A stretch of DNA of 64,000 nucleotides from an uncultured Chloroflexia bacterium (GTDB lineage: Bacteria > Chloroflexota > Anaerolineae > CG2-30-64-16). The position numbers were made by a program, and so were the translations under genes. Of this stretch, positions 31,072 through 41,498 are shown in pieces (the first letter of the stretch is position 1; each line of letters begins with the position of its first letter). The DNA is taken from positions 864,001 through 928,000 of the forward strand of contig CAVZDU010000001.1 of NCBI GenBank assembly GCA_963774265.1. The letters run 5' to 3'. The notes below the pieces were generated by a model that was not told where the DNA came from, did not search any database, and worked only from the letters and a program-made list of their open reading frames with translations.

Positions 31072-32493
31072 ATGACGATGACACCCCAAACGCAGATGCT
31101 CCAACAGCACATCCTGGCAGTCCTCGACGCCGCAATCCGCGCGGTCGATCCTCACGAGGCAATCCTGGCGAACCTGGCGTTGCAGGACGGGCGCCTCCGC
31201 ATCGGTTCGCAAGCCTACAGATTGGCGGATCTGGACCATATCGTGGTTGTCGGTGGTGGCAAGGCAGGCACACCGATGGCTGAGGCGATTTATGAAGTCC
31301 TGGGGGATCGCATCGCGGCCGGATCGGTGAATGTTAAGGTTGGGCATACATCCGCGGCAGGCGGGTGGCGCATCCGTTATGGTTCGGGTGGCGAACCAAA
31401 TCCCACGCCCGGTCGCGCACAAACCGGACCTATTGAAATCGTAGAGGCTGGCCATCCCGTTCCCGATGCGACCGGGCTGAAAGGCTCAGAGCGGATCGCC
31501 GGGCTCCTGGCGGGGCTGACTGAGCGCGATCTGGTCATCGTGCTGATCTCCGGCGGCGGCTCCGCGCTGCTGCCGCTGCCCGTGCAAGGCATCGCGCTTG
31601 CCGACTATCAGCAGTTGACCAACCTGCTGCTCCGCTCGGGCGCTGACATTACTGAGATCAACGTCGTGCGCAAGCATTGCTCGCGGCTGCAAGGCGGCCA
31701 GCTTGCCCGGCTCGCCGCGCCAGCGCGTGTGGCCACGCTGATCCTTTCAGACGTGGTCGGCTCGCCGCTGGACGCGATTGCCTCCGGCCCCACGGTTCCC
31801 GATCGAAGCACATACGGCGACGCGTGGGCCGTGCTGCTGCGGTACGGCATCGCGGGCCAGGTCCCCGCAAGCGTGGCTGAGCATTTGCGTCGTGGCGTTG
31901 CGGGTGATATCCCGGACACGCCGAAGGCCGGCGATCCGCTGTTCGAGCGCGTCAATAACGTGGTCATCGGCGATAACGCGATCGCGGGTCGGGCCGCCGT
32001 GGCTGAGGCGCAGCGTTTGGGCTATCACAGTACGTTGTTAACGACGTTTGTCCAGGGTGAGGCGCGCGAGGTGGGCCGCGTTGTGGCCGGGCTGGTGCAA
32101 GGAATCGCCACCGGCCAATCCGACATCACCGCGCCCGCGTGCCTGGTCCTGGGTGGAGAGACGACGGTGACGATTCGTGGCTCGGGGCTGGGCGGCCGGA
32201 ACCAGGAACTGGCCCTTAGCGCGGCCCTGGCGTTGGACAGCCACGCCCTGCCTGAAGGGGTCGAGGCTGCGGTTGTGAGCCTGGGCACCGACGGGACCGA
32301 CGGCCCGACGGATGCAGCCGGGGGCATGGCGACGTTGGACACCCTGAAGCGCGCCAGGGCCGCGCAGCTCGACGTCCGCGCGGCCCTGGACAACAACGAT
32401 AGTTACCGTTGCCTCGGTGCGCTCGGCGATCTGCTGATCACCGGGCCCACCCAGACGAACGTTAATGATTTGATCTTCGTCTTTGTCAGATAG
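31072..32493 (+). CDS. Glycerate 2-kinase (MOFRL family)
   Basis: GGGKA, HPVPD, LISGGGSAL, GGETTV, GGRNQE, TDGTDG, TGPT.TNVND. Confidence 0.9.
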   Translation: MTMTPQTQMLQQHILAVLDAAIRAVDPHEAILANLALQDGRLRIGSQAYRLADLDHIVVVGGGKAGTPMAEAIYEVLGDRIAAGSVNVKVGHTSAAGGWRIRYGSGGEPNPTPGRAQTGPIEIVEAGHPVPDATGLKGSERIAGLLAGLTERDLVIVLISGGGSALLPLPVQGIALADYQQLTNLLLRSGADITEINVVRKHCSRLQGGQLARLAAPARVATLILSDVVGSPLDAIASGPTVPDRSTYGDAWAVLLRYGIAGQVPASVAEHLRRGVAGDIPDTPKAGDPLFERVNNVVIGDNAIAGRAAVAEAQRLGYHSTLLTTFVQGEAREVGRVVAGLVQGIATGQSDITAPACLVLGGETTVTIRGSGLGGRNQELALSAALALDSHALPEGVEAAVVSLGTDGTDGPTDAAGGMATLDTLKRARAAQLDVRAALDNNDSYRCLGALGDLLITGPTQTNVNDLIFVFVR

Positions 32494-32524
32494 ACCTCCG
32501 AGATCTCCCGGACCCAGGCGGTCT
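32492..32524. repeat. Degenerate copy of the REP-like palindrome seen at 36942, between convergent genes
   Basis: AGACCTCCGAGATCT...GGCGGTCT resembles CCTCCGAGGTCT...AGACCTCGGAGG. Confidence 0.45.
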
Positions 32525-32533
32525 CGTTATCTG

Positions 32534-35116
32534 CTACGCGATGTAGGAGTACGCCGGCACCGTGTCCGTGCGGGCCAACCCGCGGCCATCCTGGTAACTG
32601 ACTTCCCAGCTAGGCGTCCAGGCGAGAGCGACCAGGTGCACGTCGACGTCGCTCTTGCGCGGCGCAACCTTGACCTCTTCCACCTGCTCGGCGGATTGGG
32701 TCCACTCTTGGGTGGCCTCGCTCATCTCCGCTTCCATGTCGCTCTGGAGGGTGGCGAGGTCTTTTTCTATCCGCCCGATTTCAGCCTTGGACTCATCGAT
32801 GTTGGCCTGCGCCTGGGCTGTGATGCGGCGCTTGGTTGCGACTTTGGAAAGGCTGCTGACGCTCTTGCGTCTGCGCGAGCCAAACAGCCCGAACAGCCCT
32901 GCGACGCTGTCCAGCCCTGAGAGGATCTCCTCGCCCACGCGTCCGGTCAACTGCGCCTTGTCTTCGGAGAGCTGCCCTTCCTCCTTGGCCTTCCGGTCGG
33001 CCAGACGCTGCAACTTCACATCGTATTTCTTCCGGATGTCATCGACCAGTTGGTCGCGCGTCTCACGCGCGACTTGCTGGCAGCGCGCCCGGAAATCGCG
33101 CTCGTTCTCGCCCGGCTTCGCATACAGTTTGAGCGCAGGATTGTAGAGCAGGGTGAAAGCCTGGTTGCGATACAGGTGGTCGGTCAGATCGCTGGACATC
33201 TTGCTCAAGCCGCGCGCGGCGCTGATGCTGGCCGGGATGCCGCCCGCAAACAGCGCGTCGCTCGGTGGCTGCGTTTCGAGATCGCGTTCCTTGAGTTCGA
33301 CGGGTTGCGCGTCACGCCAGTCGACGGAGGGCGCATCGGGATCCAAGGGCAGCATCAGCGCGAACTCCTGGGTCTCATCCAGCCCTAACTTGCGGTCGGT
33401 GAACGCGATGCTGGCCAGACCCACCAGCGCGGGCAGAAAGACCAACTGCTGGCCCGTCGCCGTGATGCGTCCGCCCACCTTCGACTCCAGGACGCGGAGC
33501 GACTCGCTCTCGCGAATGGTCACCGGCAGGAACACCTGGTTGACCCCGGGTGGCGCAATGGGAGGCATGTTCAAGAACCCCGCTGGCCCGGCGCCGGTCA
33601 CAGGCGCGGGCGCGGCAACCTGCGTGGCGAATGCCGTGCCTGCGGCTTCTGCCGTTGCGGTTTGCCCGGCTGGCCGGCGCGCTGGGGCCGCGGGAGCGGC
33701 CGGCTTGCGGTCGGCCATCAACTGCTTCACCTGCAGCCGCGTGAGCGGCCCGCGCAAGTAGCTCATCGCCCAGCGGGTTTGGAAGACCACCGGTACGCTT
33801 TGATTGATGTTGTGGAGCAGGAAGACCCGGCTTTCGAGCGATGTGATCAACTTTTCGAGCACCCTTACGTCCGAGAGCGTGCCGGCCTCGGCCATCGCAC
33901 CCTCGAGCCCGGCCAACAGCCGCGCCTTGTCACGCTCGGCTTGCAGCTTGCCGATGAACCACGTCCCCGCGTTCGTCAGCCCCTTGTAGTCCAGGTCCAC
34001 CGGGTTCTGGGTGGTGAGCATGATGCCGCAGCCGAAGGCGCGCGCCTGTTTGAGCAGGGTCAACATGGGCCGCTTACTCGGGGGGTTGGCCGATGGTGGG
34101 AAGTAGCCGAACACCTCGTCCATGTACAGCAGGGCGCGCAAGGAGGTCGTGCCGGGCTGGCTGCGCATCCAACTGATGAACGATTCGAGCAAGATCGTCA
34201 CGAAGAACATCCGCTCCGCATCACTGAGGTGGGCAATGTAGAAGATGCTGTGCCGCGGCTTGCCCTCGGGCGTGTAGAGCAGGCTGGGAATATCGAGCGG
34301 ATCGCCTTTGAGCCACGAGGTAAAGCTCGGCGACGCAATGATGTTGTTCAGCGCCATGGCCAGCCCGAAGCGATCCTTCTCCGGGAAGAAGGTCTCGAGG
34401 TTGAGCACGCCTACCTGCTGGAACGGCGGTTTCTGCACGCCTCTGATCAGCTTTGCCAGGTCCATCGTCTCGTTCTTACGCCAGGCGTCTTCAAGCAGGG
34501 TGGAAAGCAGGATGTGCTCTCTGCTGCGCACGGGATCCGCCTCGATGCCCGCCAGCCCGAGCAAGGCAGACACTGTGCCCTGAATGCGCTCGCGCAATGT
34601 CTCGCCTTCGGTGTCCCAGTCCAGGCCGGGGGAGTTGAAACTGCTCATGATGCTGACCGGCAGGCCGGCTTCGGAGCCGGGGGTGTAGATTGCGAAGTCC
34701 GCCGAGGCCTTGAGCGCCCGGATACGATCCCCTCCCTGGTCCCAGCTTGCCAGTCCGTCGCTCCACAGCTTGGCTTGCGCTGCGGCAAACTCCTCGGGCG
34801 TGAGCCCCTTGCGCCGCGCATCGTCGGCGTTGATCCACGGCAGGAAATCCTCGGGCAGCAGGTTCGGGAAGGTGAGCAGAAGGTTGGTGATATCGCCCTT
34901 GGGGTCGATGAGTAGGGCCGGCACGCTGTCGAGCGCTGCTTCCTCCAGCAGGTCCAGGCATAACCCCGTCTTGCCGCTGCCCGTCATGCCCACACAGACG
35001 GCATGGGTCGTCAGGTCGCGCGCGTCATAATTGACGGGCTTATCCAGCAATTTTCTGGTCGCCAGGTCGTATTCTTTTCCCAGGTAGAAGCTGCCGAGTT
35101 TTTCGATCAAGGCCAT
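32534..35116 (-). CDS. HerA/DUF87-like P-loop ATPase with C-terminal coiled coil
   Basis: GMTGSGKTG, IDPKGD, YMDEVFG, TQNPVDLDYK. Confidence 0.8.
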   Translation of the reverse strand: MALIEKLGSFYLGKEYDLATRKLLDKPVNYDARDLTTHAVCVGMTGSGKTGLCLDLLEEAALDSVPALLIDPKGDITNLLLTFPNLLPEDFLPWINADDARRKGLTPEEFAAAQAKLWSDGLASWDQGGDRIRALKASADFAIYTPGSEAGLPVSIMSSFNSPGLDWDTEGETLRERIQGTVSALLGLAGIEADPVRSREHILLSTLLEDAWRKNETMDLAKLIRGVQKPPFQQVGVLNLETFFPEKDRFGLAMALNNIIASPSFTSWLKGDPLDIPSLLYTPEGKPRHSIFYIAHLSDAERMFFVTILLESFISWMRSQPGTTSLRALLYMDEVFGYFPPSANPPSKRPMLTLLKQARAFGCGIMLTTQNPVDLDYKGLTNAGTWFIGKLQAERDKARLLAGLEGAMAEAGTLSDVRVLEKLITSLESRVFLLHNINQSVPVVFQTRWAMSYLRGPLTRLQVKQLMADRKPAAPAAPARRPAGQTATAEAAGTAFATQVAAPAPVTGAGPAGFLNMPPIAPPGVNQVFLPVTIRESESLRVLESKVGGRITATGQQLVFLPALVGLASIAFTDRKLGLDETQEFALMLPLDPDAPSVDWRDAQPVELKERDLETQPPSDALFAGGIPASISAARGLSKMSSDLTDHLYRNQAFTLLYNPALKLYAKPGENERDFRARCQQVARETRDQLVDDIRKKYDVKLQRLADRKAKEEGQLSEDKAQLTGRVGEEILSGLDSVAGLFGLFGSRRRKSVSSLSKVATKRRITAQAQANIDESKAEIGRIEKDLATLQSDMEAEMSEATQEWTQSAEQVEEVKVAPRKSDVDVHLVALAWTPSWEVSYQDGRGLARTDTVPAYSYIA

Positions 35117-35127
35117 GATTGACTCCT

Positions 35128-36078
35128 TTAGTCGCGAAGCAACATTGCATCCACTATGTCGATAGGAACCTGGCGCGTTTGCTGCACCGTTCGCCGCCAG
35201 GCGAGCACACGCGGCAGGCCGAGCAAGCCCGCCATCTGCCCGCGCAAACGAGCGCGCGCTGCAGCGCCGCGCCATGCCCGCAAGGCATCGAGTGTCACGC
35301 GCCACTGCGCCCCAATGATACGCCTAAAGTGCCTGCGAATCAACGGGCCGGGCATGTCTTTGGCAATGACCCACATCGTATTGCGGCCCGTGTAGTAGCT
35401 CGCCAGCACACCGCCGCCCGTCGCGCTCAGGTGGTGGTAGAGCCGCGCCGCGGGCGCAAAGCGTGCCTGCCAGCCCAATAACCGGAGCCGCCATGCCAGG
35501 TCCACATCTTCCAGGTACATGAAAAGCCGCTCGTCGAACCCGCCCGCTGCTTCCCACGCGGTCCGGCGATAGGCCACGCCGCCGCCACAACCGCCAAAGA
35601 CCTGTGTGCTGTTATCGTATTGCCCGCGGTCGACCTGCCACACACCCCGATTGCGCGGGATGCCGTCCGCACCCATGTCATCGCCCACGTTGTGGAGCGT
35701 GTCGCGGCGATCGAACAGCAGCATCTTGCTCGCCACTGCCCCCGCATGAGGATCCGCCTCGGCTACATCGACCAGGGCCGCAAGCCAGCCCGGCTCAGGC
35801 TCCGTATCGTTGTTGAGCATCACGAGCAGATCGCCGTTTGCTGCGCGAGCGCCCGCATTGCAGCCGGCGGCCAAACCGCTATTTTGGGTCAACACGACGA
35901 CCTTGACTTCGGGATAGTGTTCACGCACGTAGGCGACCGAGTCATCTGTGGACGCGTCGTCGACCAGAATGACCTCCATCAATGCCTGCCCATAGGTTTG
36001 GCGCCGCAGTGCATCCAGGCAGGTGTCGAGAAATCGCCGGCCATTGTAGTTCGGAATAATAACGCTGACCTGGGTCAT
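35128..36078 (-). CDS. GT2 family glycosyltransferase
   Basis: VIIPNYNG, VDDASTD, LNNDT, FMYLEDVDL. Confidence 0.9.
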   Translation of the reverse strand: MTQVSVIIPNYNGRRFLDTCLDALRRQTYGQALMEVILVDDASTDDSVAYVREHYPEVKVVVLTQNSGLAAGCNAGARAANGDLLVMLNNDTEPEPGWLAALVDVAEADPHAGAVASKMLLFDRRDTLHNVGDDMGADGIPRNRGVWQVDRGQYDNSTQVFGGCGGGVAYRRTAWEAAGGFDERLFMYLEDVDLAWRLRLLGWQARFAPAARLYHHLSATGGGVLASYYTGRNTMWVIAKDMPGPLIRRHFRRIIGAQWRVTLDALRAWRGAAARARLRGQMAGLLGLPRVLAWRRTVQQTRQVPIDIVDAMLLRD

Positions 36079-36917
36079 GCGGCAAGCTTCATGGATGCTA
36101 TGTAATCGGCCAGCGCTGCCTGCCAGGGCCGAAGGGTGATCCCCAGGCTGGCTCCTGCCGTGTTTGCCAGCACAGCGTGCAGGGGAGGCCTGGACGGTCG
36201 CGGCCAGTCAGCGCTCAGGATCGGCGTGATGGGCAGGTCCGGCTTCCCCGCCAGCCGCATGATCTCGCGCGAAAACTCATATCGCGAGCAGAAGCCGCTG
36301 TTGGTCAAGTGATAGATGCCGAAATGGCCTGTTTCAGCTAGGCGCGCCATCGCGACGGCCGCGTCGGGAGCGTACGTTGGATTGCCGAATTCGTCGGCAG
36401 CAACGCGCAACTCGCCGTACTTCTCCGCGCCCGCGAGAATCTTGGTGATGAAGTTGTTGCCTCCCGGACCGAACAGCCAGGCCACGCGCACGATGTAGAA
36501 CTGCCGCAGCAGATCGCGCACGATTTGCTCTCCGGCTGCCTTGCTCCGCGCATAGGTGCTCATCGGGTTTGGGGCGTCCCACTCGCGGTAGAGTTCGCGG
36601 CGGGAGCCGTCAAAGATCTCATTCGAGCCAACGAACATCATGGCCGCGCCGGTCCGTTGGGCTGCGAGCGCCATGTTTTGCGTCCCGAAGGCGTTGACCC
36701 GGTACGTTAGCTCGGGGTCCTTCTCTGCGCCATCCACATCGGTGAACGCCGCGGCATGGACGATCAGTTGAGGCGCAAACCGCGTGATGCGCCCCACCAC
36801 TCCCGGGTCGGTGATATCGTCGCCCGGCAGATCGACCGGCAGCAGGTCATGCGCCGCAAACGCGGAGAGAAGCTGGCGGCCGAGCTGCCCGTTGTGCCCG
36901 GTGATGACAACACGCAT
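36075..36917 (-). CDS. rfbD: dTDP-4-dehydrorhamnose reductase
   Basis: ITG.NGQLG, AAFTDVDGAE, YARSK, GNPT. Confidence 0.92.
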   Translation of the reverse strand: MRVVITGHNGQLGRQLLSAFAAHDLLPVDLPGDDITDPGVVGRITRFAPQLIVHAAAFTDVDGAEKDPELTYRVNAFGTQNMALAAQRTGAAMMFVGSNEIFDGSRRELYREWDAPNPMSTYARSKAAGEQIVRDLLRQFYIVRVAWLFGPGGNNFITKILAGAEKYGELRVAADEFGNPTYAPDAAVAMARLAETGHFGIYHLTNSGFCSRYEFSREIMRLAGKPDLPITPILSADWPRPSRPPLHAVLANTAGASLGITLRPWQAALADYIASMKLAA

Positions 36918-36941
36918 AAAGGTGCAATCCTCCCATAGAGG

Positions 36942-36968
36942 CCTCCGAGGTCTCGAAGACCTCGGAGG
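36942..36968. repeat. 12-bp inverted repeat (REP-like)
   Basis: CCTCCGAGGTCT-cga-AGACCTCGGAGG. Confidence 0.7.
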
Positions 36969-36973
36969 TTCGT

Positions 36974-37658
36974 TTAGCGTCGCAGCAATGCGCGTAACTC
37001 CGCGCGGATGGCTGCTAGCTCCGGGTCTTCCGGCTCTGATCGGTGCGGTCCCGTTAACGGCACGAAGCGCACGTCGCCAAGCCGCCTGGCGTGTAACAGG
37101 CCGGCGTCATCCTTCTCGATGCACCACAGCACCTGGTCCCAATGTACCACGCCCACGGGAATGACCAGGCGGCCGCCCTTGCCGAGCTGCTGGATGAGTG
37201 CTGGCGGGACCTCGGCAGGTGCGGCGGTCACCATGATCGCGTCGTATGGCGCGTGTTCCGGCCATCCCAGCCAGCCGTCGCCCGTTTGAACCGCGACCGG
37301 GTAACCCAGTTGCTGCAATCGCTCGCGCGCGGTGGCGGCGAGGAGGGGCAGCGTTTCGATGCTCCAGACATGCGGGGTGATATGCGCCAGGACTGCTGCC
37401 TGGTATCCTGATCCCGTGCCGACCTCCAGCACGCGGCTGTCCCTCTTCAGGCCCAGGGCTTGCGTCATTCAGCGCGACGATGTACGGCTGCGAGATCGTT
37501 TGGTTCAGACCGATCGGCAGCGGCGCGTCCTCATAGGCGGCGTCCGCAAATTCGTGCGGGACGAACAGATGCCGGGGAACCGAGGCCATGGCATCCAGCA
37601 CCACGGGGTCGGTGACGTCCAACCATCTTGGCGGCCAATGAGAACGCGTCGTTGTCAT
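36974..37658 (-). CDS. pcm: Protein-L-isoaspartate O-methyltransferase; +1 frameshift near 37469
   Basis: VPRHLFVP...[20 protein letters not shown], then MTQAL...[28 protein letters not shown]. Confidence 0.88.
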
Positions 37659-37677
37659 GGTGCGACCAGACGCCTCT

Positions 37678-39126
37678 TTAGTATGCGCGTGCAAAGACCG
37701 CCACGCGGTCTGTCCGTTTGCCGGTGTAGAAACAGACTCCCTCGCCTTCCGGCTTCTCGAACGGGAAGCAGCGGATGGTCGCTTTCGTCTCTTCCTTGAT
37801 GCGGTCTTCGTCCTCGCTGGCGCCGGCCCAGTGGACGCGGATGAAGCCGGCCTGGCCTTCGAGAATCTGCTTGAACTCGTCGTAACTCCGGGCGGTGTGT
37901 GTGTTCGCATCGCGGAATGTCGTCGCGCGTTGCAGCATGGCCGCCTGGATGGCCGTGAGCATGCCTTTTGTCGCCTCGGCGACACCGTCCACCGGCACGC
38001 CGAACGTCTTGCCTTCCTTGCCGGGCATGTCGCGACGCGCGAAGACGACTGCGTTCTGCTCGACGTCGCGCGGACCGATCTCGATGCGCAGTGGCACCCC
38101 GCGCATTTCCCAGTCGTTGAACTTGAAGCCGGCGCTCAGCTCGTCGCGGACGTCCAGCTTGACGCGCACACCCGCGGCTTTGAGCGTCTCAGCCACGCGG
38201 CCGGCATACTCGGCCACCGAGGGTCGCTCGGCTTCTTTGCGCCAGATCGGCACGATCACGGCCTGATACGGCGCAAGCCTTGGCGGCAGCATCAAGCCCT
38301 GGTCATCGCCGTGGGCCATGATGATGGACCCAACCATGCGTGTGCTCACGCCCCAACTGGTTGTCCACGCGTGATCCAGCTCGTTGTTTTGGTTCAGGAA
38401 CGTGATGTCAAATGCCTTGGCGAAGTTTTGGCCCATGAAGTGACTGGTGCCGGATTGCAGCGCCCAGCCGTTGCCGGTCATCGCCTCGATCGTGTAGCTG
38501 TCGATGGCGCCCGCGAACTTCTCGCGTTCGCTTTTCTTGCCCTGAATTACCGGGATAGCCGCCTCGTTGACCGCAAAATCGGTGTACACCCCCAACATGC
38601 GGATCGTCTCTTCGATGGCTTCCTGCTCGGTTGCATGTGCGGTGTGGCCTTCCTGCCACAGGAATTCCGTCGTCCGCAGGAACAGCCGTGTGCGCATCTC
38701 CCAGCGCACTACATTGGCCCACTGGTTGATCAGCAGGGGCAGGTCGCGATACGAGCGAACCCACTGGCTGTACATGTGTCCGATGATCGTCTCGGAGGTC
38801 GGCCGGACCACCAGCGGCTCATCCAGCTCTTTGCCCCCGCCATGTGTCACGACAGCCAACTCTGGCGCGAAGCCTTCGACATGCTCCGCTTCCTTTTGCA
38901 GGAAGCTCATCGGAATGAGCAACGGGAAGTACGCGTTCACGTGCCCCGTTTCTTTGAAGCGCCGATCCAACGCGGCTTGAATGTTCTCCCACAGGGTGTA
39001 ACCGTACGGCCGGATAACCATACAACCCTTGACCGGCGAGTAGTCTGCCAGTTCCGCCTTCTGCACCACGTCAGTGTACCAGCGCGAATAGTCCTCACTC
39101 CGCGGTGTTACGCCCTTCTCTGCCAT
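37678..39126 (-). CDS. proS: Proline--tRNA ligase (eukaryote/archaea-like type)
   Basis: [31 protein letters not shown]-terminal FARAY. Confidence 0.96.
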   Translation of the reverse strand: MAEKGVTPRSEDYSRWYTDVVQKAELADYSPVKGCMVIRPYGYTLWENIQAALDRRFKETGHVNAYFPLLIPMSFLQKEAEHVEGFAPELAVVTHGGGKELDEPLVVRPTSETIIGHMYSQWVRSYRDLPLLINQWANVVRWEMRTRLFLRTTEFLWQEGHTAHATEQEAIEETIRMLGVYTDFAVNEAAIPVIQGKKSEREKFAGAIDSYTIEAMTGNGWALQSGTSHFMGQNFAKAFDITFLNQNNELDHAWTTSWGVSTRMVGSIIMAHGDDQGLMLPPRLAPYQAVIVPIWRKEAERPSVAEYAGRVAETLKAAGVRVKLDVRDELSAGFKFNDWEMRGVPLRIEIGPRDVEQNAVVFARRDMPGKEGKTFGVPVDGVAEATKGMLTAIQAAMLQRATTFRDANTHTARSYDEFKQILEGQAGFIRVHWAGASEDEDRIKEETKATIRCFPFEKPEGEGVCFYTGKRTDRVAVFARAY

Positions 39127-39248
39127 CAGAACTTCTCCTATCCTCGAAACCCATGCCTGGGATTGGAATCATGGTATGCTGCGGCGCGCCGCAACCTGCG
39201 ACCCGGTCACCGGCAACCTGGCTATGATGCCCTCCTGCCCTGGGCCGG

Positions 39249-39800
39249 TTACCCGAGGGGCGGAGGGCCGGGAGGTGTTGGGGGTGTTTTCAGTGCGGAG
39301 ATGACCTGCGCCGGGGTGTCCACGATCGTGGCCAGGCCAGCGATGGATGCGCCAAGGTCTGAGTGCGACGTCAGCGCAGCAACGAGCGACCGCCACTCCG
39401 CTCCGAGCAGGACCAACGGCCTGCCGTTCAACGAGCGCGTTTGCAGCAAGCTCCACACCAGCGTCACCTCTGACAGTGTACCAATGCCACCGCGCACCGC
39501 CACAAAGCCATCCGCACGCTCGATTATCGTTTCGAGGCGCTCGAGCAGGGACGGGGCCTTGACCTCACCGGTCAGCCACTTGTTGCACGGGAGGGGATCA
39601 AAGATCGCACAGGTCACGCCGATGGCCTGCCCACCGGCTTCGGCCGCGCCGCGGCTGACCGCAGCCATGCTGCCGCCGTACCCGCCGGAAAGGACGGTGT
39701 AGCCTGCGCCTGCCAGCCCGCGGCCGAGCTCGTACGCTTCGGCCCACAACGGGCTATCCTCGTCTCGACGAGAACTGCCGAAAACCGCGATCGTCTTCAT
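39249..39800 (-). CDS. LOG-family nucleotide-binding protein
   Basis: AVFGSS, SGGY.GSM.AVSRGA, GGIGTLSE. Confidence 0.85.
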   Translation of the reverse strand: MKTIAVFGSSRRDEDSPLWAEAYELGRGLAGAGYTVLSGGYGGSMAAVSRGAAEAGGQAIGVTCAIFDPLPCNKWLTGEVKAPSLLERLETIIERADGFVAVRGGIGTLSEVTLVWSLLQTRSLNGRPLVLLGAEWRSLVAALTSHSDLGASIAGLATIVDTPAQVISALKTPPTPPGPPPLG

Positions 39801-39854
39801 CCCACTTCCATCATAGAACTTCCCGGGTTGAATCGCAGCGCAGTCGAAGGCGCC

Positions 39855-40529
39855 TCACCGGCTGCTGCTGACGAGCTTCCACGCGCCACCGCCTTGCTCC
39901 AACTCGATCACCCGATACCCATAAGTGTTAAGCACCCGCGTCGCCTGATAGACCGTCTCAACCGTGGTGCTGCGGTTGTAGACATGCTGGTGCCCGTGGA
40001 TCAGCAACAGCGGCTGGTACTTCCGCATTAACTGCAAGTAACTCTCGAACCCCTGGTGCGGGATATCCTCACCATCGTGGATCCCGCGTGGCGGTGCGTG
40101 CGTGATCAGGATGTCCAGGTAGCGGCCGGTGCGCAGCTTGTTCAGCATCAACTTCAGGCCCAGCCGCGCGGCCTGCAGCCGCACCTCTCCTTCCGTATAC
40201 TGGAACGGCCTGTCGGGTGTGTAGCGCCGGCAGCCTTCGAGTCCGGCCAGCAGCAGCCCTCCGTGGTCGCTCCGCCGCAAGTGCAGATTGGTCGCCCAGC
40301 TAATCGTGTTATGCGCTGGGGATCCCCCAGGGTCGCTCGGCGGCATGACCCTGTCGTGATTGCCGTGGACATAGTAGAGCGGGACGTCCAGCAGCCCGAC
40401 GATGTACTCCAAATAGTAGTACGGCAAGTCGCCGCAAGCCAGGATCAGATCGATCTTCCCCACACGCTCGCGGATGTATGGGCCGTAGAGAACCGGCTCG
40501 ACCTTGTCACTGACCGTCAGAATACGCAT
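39855..40529 (-). CDS. Metallophosphoesterase
   Basis: VSD, CGDL, GNHD, THAPP, HGHQH. Confidence 0.88.
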   Translation of the reverse strand: MRILTVSDKVEPVLYGPYIRERVGKIDLILACGDLPYYYLEYIVGLLDVPLYYVHGNHDRVMPPSDPGGSPAHNTISWATNLHLRRSDHGGLLLAGLEGCRRYTPDRPFQYTEGEVRLQAARLGLKLMLNKLRTGRYLDILITHAPPRGIHDGEDIPHQGFESYLQLMRKYQPLLLIHGHQHVYNRSTTVETVYQATRVLNTYGYRVIELEQGGGAWKLVSSSR

Positions 40530-40613
40530 GCTCTCTCACGACGGGCCGGCGGACGTCACTTGCCCGGCAAGTGTGGAGTATATCATGTGGTAAAGAGGTC
40601 GTCAACGAAGGAC

Positions 40614-40753
40614 GACTCGGTTCCAGATTGTGTTGGTGGCCTTGCGGTCCGCCGGCAGCCCACTACATATGGGGTTCCGCTGGCGGCCCTTGTGGCACAT
40701 ATAGTGGCCCAATAGTGCGTACGAAACCCACCAACAGACTTTGGAACCGAGTC
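40614..40753. mobile_element. 140-bp MITE (non-autonomous IS derivative)
   Basis: 26-bp terminal inverted repeats (23/26 match; GACTCGGTTCCA...TGTTGGTGG) flanked by the 8-bp direct repeat CGAAGGAC (40606-40613 and 40754-40761). Confidence 0.85.
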
Positions 40754-40862
40754 CGAAGGACGCGGGGGGCTGCGGGGGGATTATGAGAGAGTCTCTGGGT
40801 CCGGCGGCCGCGATAATTAGCACCAGGTGCTGGTTCAGGAAGTGGTTCGGAGATCTGACGAC

Positions 40863-40891
40863 TTGACCCTCAAGTCGCAAGTGCGTATAAT
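40863..40891 (+). promoter_or_regulatory. Sigma70 promoter of the TA operon
   Basis: TTGACC-17 bp-TATAAT. Confidence 0.7.
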
Positions 40892-40925
40892 GTGGACAAA
40901 CATCATCATACTACTAGAGGTGACT

Positions 40926-41174
40926 ATGCTTAAGACGATTCAAATCACGCTCCCGCAGGAGTTGCTGCTCAAAATTGACCAGACCGTGACTGAGCTGGAG
41001 ACCAATCGCTCGGCCTTTGCGCGCCAGGCATTCGAGGATGCCCTCTTCCACCGGCGTATCGAGCAAATGGAACAGCAGGACGCCGAAGGCTATGCGCGTC
41101 GACCGCAAGACCCGGATGAGATCGCACAGTGGGAGAGCGTCCAGGACTGGGGTGATGGCTATGAAGCGCGGTGA
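40926..41174 (+). CDS. Ribbon-helix-helix antitoxin
   Basis: KTIQITLP.ELL..ID......NRS.F.R.A; overlaps the toxin start. Confidence 0.85.
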   Translation: MLKTIQITLPQELLLKIDQTVTELETNRSAFARQAFEDALFHRRIEQMEQQDAEGYARRPQDPDEIAQWESVQDWGDGYEAR

Positions 41175-41487
41175 AGTGCGCTGGGTGACCTTCGAGCACC
41201 CCGACAAGCGGCGCCCCGCAGTGATCCTGACCCGTGACTCGGCTGTTGGGTATCTGTCCACTGTTACAGTTGCATCCATCACGACCACCATTCGCCAAAC
41301 GCCATCTGCGGTGCGCCTGGGGCCGGAGGATGGGTTGCCAGAGGATTGCAGCGTGAATCTGCACAACATACAGACCGTGACGCAGACCACCGTCGGCGCT
41401 TTGATCGCGGTGTTGACCGAAAGCAGGATAGCGCAGGTCGAGTCCGCGCTGCTCTTTGCTTTAGGTATGGACCGCCATGCGCGCTGA
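41161..41487 (+). CDS. mazF: PemK/MazF-family endoribonuclease toxin
   Basis: MKRGEV.W...PDKRRPAVILTR, VA.ITT. Confidence 0.88.
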   Translation: MKRGEVRWVTFEHPDKRRPAVILTRDSAVGYLSTVTVASITTTIRQTPSAVRLGPEDGLPEDCSVNLHNIQTVTQTTVGALIAVLTESRIAQVESALLFALGMDRHAR

Positions 41488-41498
41488 CAGGTTGGGCA

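Noticed and set aside
32534-35116. HerA-like ATPase as an anti-phage or conjugation system
   Set aside because: No nuclease, SIR2 or T4SS partner nearby; it sits among housekeeping and cell-envelope genes.
37657-39702. 681-aa plus-strand ORF
   Set aside because: Antisense shadow of proS and the LOG gene, typical of high-GC DNA; no recognisable motifs.
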